Assembly: GCA_963700145.1 (NCBI GenBank)
Contig: OY969474.1
Location: forward strand, 3,616,001 to 3,680,000
Reading direction: 5' to 3'
DNA length: 64,000 nucleotides
DNA from: an uncultured Acidobacteriota bacterium
GTDB taxonomy: Bacteria; Acidobacteriota; Thermoanaerobaculia; Multivoradales; UBA5704
The stretch's first letter is position 1. Each line of letters begins with the position of its first letter. The translations under genes and the position numbers were made by a program. Positions 27,582 through 35,181 of this stretch are shown here, piece after piece. Below the pieces are notes generated by a model. That model did no database searches. It had not been told where the DNA came from and saw nothing but the letters and a program-made list of their open reading frames with translations.

Positions 27582-29393
27582 CTAGGCTAGCAGCCGCGCC
27601 AGGTGCCCGGGGTCCACCGGCTTCGTCAGGTGCAGGTCGAAGCCCGCCTCGCGCGAGCGGCGGCGGTCCTCGTCGCGGCCGTAGCCGGTCACCGCGATGA
27701 GCCGCGCGTCGCGCGTCGTCGGGTCGCGCCGCAGCTCCTTCGCCACCGCGAAGCCGTCCATGCCGGGGAGCCCGAGGTCGCAGAGCACCACCTCCGGATG
27801 GAAGCGGCGCGCCGCCTCGACCCCCGCCGAGCCGTCGTAGGCGAGCGCCACCTTGTGACCGGAGAGCACCAGGAAGTCGCGCAGCGTGGCCGCCGCGTCC
27901 GGGTTGTCCTCGACCACCAGGATCCGCCGCGCGTGCCGCTCCTGCTCGGCCGGCCGCTCCGCCGCCGCCGCCGGCTCCGCGGCTTCGACCGGCAGCAGCA
28001 TCGTGAACTCCGCGCCGCGCCCCAGGCCCTCGCTCCGCACATCGACCTCGCCGCCGTGCAGCTCGACGAGCCCCTTCGCCACCGCCAGCCCCACCCCGAG
28101 GCCGCCCTTCGTCCGCTCCAGGCTGTGGTCGGCCTGGGTGAACGGCTCGAAGACGTGCGGCAGGATCTCCGGTCCGATGCCCATGCCGGTGTCGCGCACC
28201 ACGACCGCGGCGCGCCGGCCGCCGCCGTCGCGCGCCACCCGCACCGTCACACGGCCGCCGGCGCCGGTGAACTTGGCGGCGTTGCGCAGCAGCTTTTCGA
28301 GCGCCTGGCCGAGCCGCGCCCGGTCGCCCTGCACACCCAGCCGCTCGCGCGGCAGGTCCAGCGAGACGGTCAGCCCGGCCGCCTCCAGCGCCGGCCGCTC
28401 CCGCTCGACCGCGGCGCGCACCAGCTCCACCAGCTCGAGCGGCTCGCAATGCAGCTCGACCTCGCCGCGCGTCACCCGCTCCACCTCGAGCAGGTCGTCC
28501 ACCAGGGCGGCCTGGTGGCGCACCTGCCGCTCGGCGGTCTCGAGCGCCCGCCGCCGGGTCGGGTCGCCTTCCGAGCCGCTCAGCCGCAGCACCTGCAGGG
28601 CGTTGCTGATCGTCCCCAGCGGGTTGCGCAGCTCGTGCGCCAGCATCGCCAGGAACTCCTCCTGCCGCCGCTCGGCGCGCGCCAGGGCCGCGCGGTGCTC
28701 GGCCAGCCGCTCCTTCACCTCCTCGAGCTTGCGCTCGATGGCGCCCGCCCGCTCGAGCTGCTCCAGCATCCAGGCGGCACCGTCCTCGGGCGCGGCGTTG
28801 CCAAGCACCATCTCCGCCGGCTCGTAGTAGAAGTTGGCGCAGAGGCGGCGGCCGATCAGCGCCAGCGGGTGGGTGCGGAGGGCGCCGGTCTGGGTCTCGG
28901 GGGGGAAGCGGGAGAGGTCGTACTGGCAAAGGACGATGGCGAGGCTGTGCTCGACGAAGCGGTGGAGCCGCGCCTCGTAGCCGAGGAGCGGCGCCGCCGC
29001 GCCGGCGTCGAGCGGCGCGCCCCCCGACGAGGCGCCGATCACCCAGGCCAGGTCGATCGCCAGCCGCAGGCCGGGACGGCCGTCCTCGACGGCCTGTTGC
29101 TCGCACTGCCGGAGGAGGTCGAGGAGGGCGCCCGGGTCGAACCGGCCGCGGCCCTGGAGGTCGGGGTGGCTGTGGAGCGGGACCCAGCTGCCGTCGGCGG
29201 AGCCGGCGAGCCCGAGCTCCTGCTCGACGCGCCGGCAGTCGGCCTCGGCGGCGAGCAGGACGCAGCGCTCGCCGGCCGCCAAGCCTCCCTTGAAGAAGGC
29301 CACCTGCGCCGCGCGCTGCTCGGCGGCGCGCCGGAACATCTGGCAGAGGTGATCGCCCCGGCGCAGCCGTGCGATCCTGGTCTCGAGGTCCAA
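27582..29393 (-). CDS. Hybrid sensor histidine kinase (MEDS-HisKA-HATPase-REC)
   Basis: MEDS GDHLC...LCQYDL...LRTHP; LAHELRNPL; NAAKFT; DTGMGI; GLGVGL; receiver LVVEDN, CDLGLPGMDG, LTKP; TTG start inferred. Confidence 0.9.
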   Translation of the reverse strand: MDLETRIARLRRGDHLCQMFRRAAEQRAAQVAFFKGGLAAGERCVLLAAEADCRRVEQELGLAGSADGSWVPLHSHPDLQGRGRFDPGALLDLLRQCEQQAVEDGRPGLRLAIDLAWVIGASSGGAPLDAGAAAPLLGYEARLHRFVEHSLAIVLCQYDLSRFPPETQTGALRTHPLALIGRRLCANFYYEPAEMVLGNAAPEDGAAWMLEQLERAGAIERKLEEVKERLAEHRAALARAERRQEEFLAMLAHELRNPLGTISNALQVLRLSGSEGDPTRRRALETAERQVRHQAALVDDLLEVERVTRGEVELHCEPLELVELVRAAVERERPALEAAGLTVSLDLPRERLGVQGDRARLGQALEKLLRNAAKFTGAGGRVTVRVARDGGGRRAAVVVRDTGMGIGPEILPHVFEPFTQADHSLERTKGGLGVGLAVAKGLVELHGGEVDVRSEGLGRGAEFTMLLPVEAAEPAAAAERPAEQERHARRILVVEDNPDAAATLRDFLVLSGHKVALAYDGSAGVEAARRFHPEVVLCDLGLPGMDGFAVAKELRRDPTTRDARLIAVTGYGRDEDRRRSREAGFDLHLTKPVDPGHLARLLA

Positions 29394-29597
29394 CGTCCAC
29401 CCCCCGTGAGGGAGGGGTTGCCTTGCGCCGCGGGACTTCGTAGTGGCAACCCCTGGTGCGTTCCCGCGACGCAGGGAGCCAGGGGTGCAAGAACTGTGCG
29501 CGCCGGAAGTCGCGCAGACAGCGTGCTTTGGGCGGCACGCGGCATGCGGTGCGCAGCGCCGGGGGCGGCCCAAGCCAAGTCCCGTCGCGTGAGCGAT

Positions 29598-29669
29598 TTG
29601 ACGGGGGGCGCCCTCGCGCCCTAGAACGCCATTTATTGCTTGACAGAGCGCTGCATCACTGGCTAGAGT
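29598..29669 (+). promoter_or_regulatory. Two tandem sigma70-like promoters
   Basis: TTGACG-18-TAGAAC (29598-29627) and TTGACA-18-TAGAGT (29640-29669), upstream of the 29688 ORF. Confidence 0.55.
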
Positions 29670-29687
29670 TGCCGCAGGTGACGACAA

Positions 29688-31040
29688 GTGACGCGTGAGC
29701 GGCACCCGCCGCGCGAGGACCTCGAGCGCTTCCTGCGCGGCGAGCTGACGGCGGCCGAGAGCAAGGGCCTGGTCCGCCACCTCCTCGCCGGCTGCGCCGA
29801 CTGCCTCGGCGAGACGCGGCGCCTCTGGGGCGGCCGGCGGGGCGCGGCCGGCGCACCGGAGAGCGCGGCGCCGCCCGCCGGAGTCTACGGCGAGCTCTTC
29901 CGCAAGCTCTTCGCGCAAGGCCCGGCGCGCGAGGCGGCGGTGGCGCGCGACCTCGAGCGGGCGCCGCGCCTCGCCGCGGACCTCCTCCGCCACCCGCACG
30001 CGCGGCGCCTGACGCTCGTCGCCAACGCCGAGCGCTTCCGCAGCGTCGGCCTCTGCGAGCACCTCCTGGAGTCGGCGGCCGCTCTCTGGCGGGAGGACCC
30101 GCCGGCCAGCGCCGAGCTCGCCGAGGTGGCCGGCGCCGTGGCGCGGCGCCTCGACCCGCGCTGCGCCGGGCCGTCGCTCGCCGCCAGCCTCGAGGGGCGG
30201 GCCTGGGCCTACCGCGGCAACGCCCTGCGCCTCGCAGGCGACTTCGCCGTCGCCGAGGAGGCGCTGGCCCGCGCCGAGCCGCTCGTCGAGCACGGCAGCG
30301 GCGACCCGCTGGAGCGCGCCGAGCTCCACGCCCTGCGCGCCGCCCTCGCCGCCGACCGCGGCCGCCCCGCCGCCGCCCTCGCCCTCTACGACCGCGCCGC
30401 CCAGCTCTACCGCGCCCTCGCCGAGCGCCACGCCCTCGGCCGCACCCTGCTCGAAAAGAGCGCCGTCCCCGCGCCCGCCCTCGCCGAGGCGGCGCGCCTC
30501 GCCCTCCTGCGCGAGGGTGTCGGCCTCCTCGACGACCGCCTAGAGCCCCACCTCGCCGCCGCCGCCCACCACCGCCTAGTCGCCGGCCTCTTAGACGCCG
30601 GCCACCCCGGCGAGGCCCTCCTCTACCTCCAGAAAGCCCGGCTCCTCGACCGCAAGCAGGGCGACCGCGCAGGCCTCCTCCGCCTCCTGCGCCTGGAAGG
30701 CAAGATCGCCGAATCCCTGGACCGCCCCGAAGACGCCGAGCGCCTCCTCCTAGAAGCCTGGATCGGCCTCGTCGGCCTCAAGCTCGGCCAAGACGCCGCC
30801 ACCGTCACCCTCGACCTCGCCCGCCTCTACGCCCGCAACGGCCGCATCGCCGAGGCCCGCGGCTTGGCCCTCAAACTCTCCCCCCTCTTCCACGCCGAGG
30901 GCCTAGACCGCGGCGCCATCGTCGGCCTAGTCGTCCTCCGCCGCCTCCTGGAGACCGAATCCGCCAGCCCCCAGTTCCTAGCCGAGCTAGTCGGTTACTT
31001 CCGCCGCCCAACCCCGGCGCAGCTCCGCCAAGCCAGCTAA
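29688..31040 (+). CDS. TPR-like helical protein with N-terminal zf-HC2-like motif
   Basis: HPPREDLERFLRGEL...VRHLLAGCADC; RAWAYRGNALRLAGDF TPR-like repeats. Confidence 0.7.
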   Translation: MTRERHPPREDLERFLRGELTAAESKGLVRHLLAGCADCLGETRRLWGGRRGAAGAPESAAPPAGVYGELFRKLFAQGPAREAAVARDLERAPRLAADLLRHPHARRLTLVANAERFRSVGLCEHLLESAAALWREDPPASAELAEVAGAVARRLDPRCAGPSLAASLEGRAWAYRGNALRLAGDFAVAEEALARAEPLVEHGSGDPLERAELHALRAALAADRGRPAAALALYDRAAQLYRALAERHALGRTLLEKSAVPAPALAEAARLALLREGVGLLDDRLEPHLAAAAHHRLVAGLLDAGHPGEALLYLQKARLLDRKQGDRAGLLRLLRLEGKIAESLDRPEDAERLLLEAWIGLVGLKLGQDAATVTLDLARLYARNGRIAEARGLALKLSPLFHAEGLDRGAIVGLVVLRRLLETESASPQFLAELVGYFRRPTPAQLRQAS

Positions 31041-31067
31041 CAGGTCTTTGGATGCTGGGTGGGGGAA

Positions 31068-31232
31068 GCCCGGGGGTCGGGTGCCCCCGGCGGGAACCTC
31101 TGAGCGAGCGCCGGGCAACGCCCGCTGCATTCGACATCGACCCCGGCGCAAAGCGAAGCGGAGGCGCGAGCCCACCCCCCGCAATCCACAAGGCTCGCGC
31201 CGGTTCCCGCCGGGGGCACCCGACCCCCGGGC
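31068..31232 (+). repeat. ~165 nt long-stem element B (homologue of element A)
   Basis: 31-bp perfect inverted arms (31068-31098/31202-31232) between convergent genes. Confidence 0.8.
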
Positions 31233-31258
31233 GGGGCGGGGGGTCTTAGTTCCTTATC

Positions 31259-34200
31259 TCAGCCGGCCTGCTTCTTCTCCCACTCCTCCTTAGTCATCCA
31301 CTCCACCACCCCCCGCTTCTTGAGCTCCTCCGCCCGCGCAAACCCCGCCTCCAACCGCCCCTCCAGCACCTCAGCAAGCTCCACCTGCGACTGCGTAGGC
31401 CTCCCCTCGTAACTGTTCACCGCCCCGTACAGCAACCCCAACTTCTCCCGCAACTGCTCCTCCCCCGACAACCACCCCCCCGCCGACGTCGCCACCAGCT
31501 CCTTCCGCAGCCCCTCCCAATCCGCCGCCAGCTTCGTCGCCTTCTTCTTGTCCGCCTGCTCCTTGGCGTCCGTCACCGCGTCCGCCAGGTACGTCAGCCG
31601 CCCGAGCATCTCGTAGAGCCGCCACACCAGCTTCTCCTGCTCCTTGCGGTCCGCGTCGGCGTGGCGTGACCGCGGGTCGGCCACCAGCTCCACCTTCCCC
31701 GGGTACGTCTGGTCCCCCTTGACCACCTTGAACGTGTAGGCGCCGAGCGGCACTCGCGGCCCCAGCATCGCGTAACTGTTGAGCACCAGCGAGTTCGCCG
31801 GCGGCATCTTCGGGGGCTTGGCGCGCATCGGCCAGGACACCCGGTTGATCCCCTTCCGCTTGCCGCCGGGGAGCGTCGTCACCAGCTTCCCGTCGGCGTC
31901 GTAGACCTCGACCTTGAGGTCGCCGAAGAGGTGCCGCTTCTTGAGGTAGTAGACGATCGTCGCCTCCTCCGGCGGGTTGAAGGCCACGAACTCGTCGTCG
32001 CCGCCGAAACGCTGCCCCACCGACGGGATCGGCGCCGCCGTCGGCCGCGCCGCCAGCACCGCCACCTCCGCCTCCAGCACCTCGCGGGTGAGCTGACGGA
32101 GCGGGGTGATGTCGTCGAGGATGTAGATGCCCCGCCCGTGGGTGGCGACGATCAGGTCCGAGTCCCGCGGATGGACGACCAGGTCGCGCACCGCCACCTG
32201 GTCGGGGAAGTTGCCGGTGAAGCGCACCCAGCGGGCGCCGCCGTCGACCGAGATGAAGAGCCCGGTCTCGGTGCCCAGGAAGAGGAGGTCGCGGTTGACC
32301 GGGTCCTCCTCGACGACGTGGGCGTACCCGGTGACCGCGTCGGTCGCCAGCCCCTGCCAGCTCTTGCCGCCGTCGGTCGTCTTGAAGAGGTAGCTCTTCA
32401 TGTCGCCGCGCGCGTGGCCGTCGAAGGTGGCGTAGGCGGTCGCCGCGTCGTGCGCCGAGGCCTCGACGTGCGACACCCAGGTCCCCTTCGGCACCCCCGG
32501 CACGGCGGGCGCCGTGTCGGTCCAGGTCTTGCCGCCGTCGCGGGTCACCTGCAGGCGCCCGTCGTCGGTCCCGGCCCAGATCGTCTGCGGGTCCTTCGGC
32601 GACTCGGCGATCGAGTAGATCGTGGTGTGGTTCTCGGCCGTCGAGTTGTCGCGGGTCAGGCCGCCGGACTCGCGCTGCTTCTGCTTGGCCAGGTCGTTGG
32701 TCGTCAGGTCCGGCGAGATGCGCTCCCAGCTGTCGCCGCGGTCGCGCGAGCGGAAGAGGAACTGCGAGCCGAGGTAGACCGTCCCCTTCTGGCTCGGCGA
32801 GAGGTGGATCGGCGTGTTCCAGTTGAAGCGGAAGTCGGGCTCCCCCTTGCGCGGCTGCGGCTTGATGTCGCGCGCCTCGCCGGTCGTCATGTGGACCCGG
32901 CCGATGTTGCCGCCCTGGAACTCGACGTAGACGTAGTCCGGCTCCGCCGCGTCGCGGAAGGCGTGGAAGCCGTCGCCGAAGTAGAGGTCCTTCCAGTCGC
33001 GGCTGGCGACGCCGCCGGAAGAGCTCGAGGGCCCGGTCCAGGTGCCGTTGTCCTGCAGCCCGCCGTAGACGTTGTAGGGGAAGTCGAGGTCGTAGCTGAC
33101 CTCGTAGAACTGCGACACCGGCAGCGTCTCGACGAAGCGCCAGTGGTGGGCGCGGTCGTGCGAGACGTAGACCCCGCCGTCGGTGCCGAGGAGCATCTCG
33201 TGCGGGTTCTTGGGGTTGATCCAGAGCGCGTGGTGGTCGCCGTGGACCCCGAGGCTGAAGCCGCCGCCGGCGAACGGCGAGTTGAAGCTCTTGCCGCCGT
33301 CGGTCGAGATGGTCAAGGTCAGCCCGGGCTTGTAGACGTAGTCGTGGTCGGTCGGGTCGACGACGATGTGCGAGAAGTAGAAGGGCCGCATCTGGATATT
33401 GAACGAGGAGTTGACCTCCTCCCAGGTGTGGCCGGTGTCGTCCGAGCGGTAGAGCGCGGTCTTCTCGGCCTCGACGGTGGCGTAGACGACGCTCGGCCGC
33501 GACGGCGCCACCGCCACCGCGATCCGCCCCTTCTCCCCCTTGGGCAGGCCGGTCTCGAGCTTCTTCCAGGTCTCGCCGCCGTCGCTCGACTTGTAGAGGC
33601 CGCTCCCCTTGCCGCCGGAGTCGAACGACCAGGGGAAGCGCCGGAACTGCCACATGCCGGCGTAGAGAATGCGCGGGTCCTGCGGGTCGACCGAGAGGTC
33701 GGAGCAGCCGGTCTTGGCGTCGACGTGGAGCACCCGCTTCCAGCTCTTGCCGCCGTCGGTCGTCTTGTAGACGCCGCGCTCGTCGTGGTCGTCCCAGAGG
33801 TGGCCGGTGGCGCACACCCAGACGGTCTTGCCGTCCTTCGGGTTGACCTCGATGTCGGCGATCCGCTCGGACTGCTCGAGCCCCAGCCGCTGCCAGCTCT
33901 CGCCGCCGTCGGTCGTCTTGTAGACGCCGTCGCCGACCGAGACGCTGTTGCGGGTGCAGGACTCGCCGGTCCCCACCCAGACGGTCTTGGGGTCGCTCGG
34001 GTCGACGCGCACCGCGCCGATCGACTGCGCGTGGTCGTCGAAGACCGGCTTGAAGGAGACGCCGCCGTCGATCGACTTCCAGACCCCACCCGAGGCGGCG
34101 CCGACGTAGACCGTCAGCGGCGCGGCGGCCACCGCGTCGATGGCGGCGATGCGGCCGCTCATGACCGCCGGTCCGAGGGCGCGGGCGTCGAGGCCGCCGA

Positions 34201-34375
34201 AGGTCGCGGAATCGACCTCGGTGGCAACCGGTGCCGGCGCCGCCGGCTCGTCGGGCGCGGCGGGGACGGGAACCGCGGTCGGCGGCGGCGCGGGCGTCTG
34301 GGCCGCGGCCGCCGCCGGCGCGAGGGCGGCGAGGCAGGCCGTCAGGGCGAGGCGGGCGAGCGGTCGCGGGCGCAT
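31259..34375 (-). CDS. VPS10/BNR (Asp-box) beta-propeller glycosyl-hydrolase-like secreted protein
   Basis: GPAVMSGRI, repeated S/TxDGGxTW Asp-boxes, YGGLQDNGTW, RFNWNTP, ATHGRGIYILDD. Confidence 0.9.
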   Translation of the reverse strand: MRPRPLARLALTACLAALAPAAAAAQTPAPPPTAVPVPAAPDEPAAPAPVATEVDSATFGGLDARALGPAVMSGRIAAIDAVAAAPLTVYVGAASGGVWKSIDGGVSFKPVFDDHAQSIGAVRVDPSDPKTVWVGTGESCTRNSVSVGDGVYKTTDGGESWQRLGLEQSERIADIEVNPKDGKTVWVCATGHLWDDHDERGVYKTTDGGKSWKRVLHVDAKTGCSDLSVDPQDPRILYAGMWQFRRFPWSFDSGGKGSGLYKSSDGGETWKKLETGLPKGEKGRIAVAVAPSRPSVVYATVEAEKTALYRSDDTGHTWEEVNSSFNIQMRPFYFSHIVVDPTDHDYVYKPGLTLTISTDGGKSFNSPFAGGGFSLGVHGDHHALWINPKNPHEMLLGTDGGVYVSHDRAHHWRFVETLPVSQFYEVSYDLDFPYNVYGGLQDNGTWTGPSSSSGGVASRDWKDLYFGDGFHAFRDAAEPDYVYVEFQGGNIGRVHMTTGEARDIKPQPRKGEPDFRFNWNTPIHLSPSQKGTVYLGSQFLFRSRDRGDSWERISPDLTTNDLAKQKQRESGGLTRDNSTAENHTTIYSIAESPKDPQTIWAGTDDGRLQVTRDGGKTWTDTAPAVPGVPKGTWVSHVEASAHDAATAYATFDGHARGDMKSYLFKTTDGGKSWQGLATDAVTGYAHVVEEDPVNRDLLFLGTETGLFISVDGGARWVRFTGNFPDQVAVRDLVVHPRDSDLIVATHGRGIYILDDITPLRQLTREVLEAEVAVLAARPTAAPIPSVGQRFGGDDEFVAFNPPEEATIVYYLKKRHLFGDLKVEVYDADGKLVTTLPGGKRKGINRVSWPMRAKPPKMPPANSLVLNSYAMLGPRVPLGAYTFKVVKGDQTYPGKVELVADPRSRHADADRKEQEKLVWRLYEMLGRLTYLADAVTDAKEQADKKKATKLAADWEGLRKELVATSAGGWLSGEEQLREKLGLLYGAVNSYEGRPTQSQVELAEVLEGRLEAGFARAEELKKRGVVEWMTKEEWEKKQAG

Positions 34376-34377
34376 GG

Positions 34378-35127
34378 TCAGCTCGGCTTGGCCGCTTCCT
34401 TCGCCGGCGGCATGGCGAAGCGGTCGGCGGCGATCTCGGGGTTGAGCTCCACCTTCTCGATCACGATCTGCTGCCCCTGCGGCATCCCCTTGGGCTTGAT
34501 CTCCAGCGAGTACGGCATGATGAACCCGCCGCCGGCGTCCTTGTAGTCGCCGTAGAAGGTCTCGAACTCCATCTCCTGGCCGCGGCGCACGCTCTTGCCC
34601 TCGGCCTTGAGCTCGAGGAAGGCGTCGGCGTCGAGGTAGATGGTGACGACGTCGCCGTTCTTCTTGGTCACCTTGAGCTTGTGCGCCGGGGTGCCCTCGA
34701 CGTCGCCCTTGCCCAGGTACTCGACCTGGTGCCCCTTCTCCTTGTAGTCGACGAGCGGGCCGTCGATGTCGGCCTGGTCCTCCATCTGCTTGAGGTCCTC
34801 GGGCGACATCTTCTCGGGCTCGGTCTTGCCGATGAAGGGCATCACCGCCCAGCCGGTCGTGCCGTCGTAGCCCTGGATGCCGGTCATGCCCTGGACGGTG
34901 AACTCCATGCGCATGCTGTTGGGGCGCTTGAACTCCAGCTGCATCGGCATGTCCATGCCGCCGCCGACGATCTTGCCGGTCATGCGCATGCTCTGGACGC
35001 CCTTGATCTTCTCGAGGCCGCCGTGGGCCTGGATGTTCTTCTGGATCAGCTCGTCGGCCGTCTGGGCCGAGGCGAGCGCAGCCACCGCGAAGGCGGCGAG
35101 CAGACAGACGAGGCTTCTACGCAACAT
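34378..35127 (-). CDS. Secreted LolA/lipoprotein-sorting-like protein
   Basis: Signal peptide then AQTADELIQKNIQAHGG; DGPLVDYKEKGH; YGDYK; RBS aaggag. Confidence 0.7.
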   Translation of the reverse strand: MLRRSLVCLLAAFAVAALASAQTADELIQKNIQAHGGLEKIKGVQSMRMTGKIVGGGMDMPMQLEFKRPNSMRMEFTVQGMTGIQGYDGTTGWAVMPFIGKTEPEKMSPEDLKQMEDQADIDGPLVDYKEKGHQVEYLGKGDVEGTPAHKLKVTKKNGDVVTIYLDADAFLELKAEGKSVRRGQEMEFETFYGDYKDAGGGFIMPYSLEIKPKGMPQGQQIVIEKVELNPEIAADRFAMPPAKEAAKPS

Positions 35128-35181
35128 CGTTGGGTCTCCTTGCGGTTTTTCGAACCGATGGGAACGACGGTTGTGCCGTCT

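Noticed and set aside
25100-31620. Diversity-generating retroelement as the cause of local sequence drift
   Set aside because: No reverse transcriptase or TR/VR pair; changes appear mostly synonymous and G-depleting rather than adenine-specific
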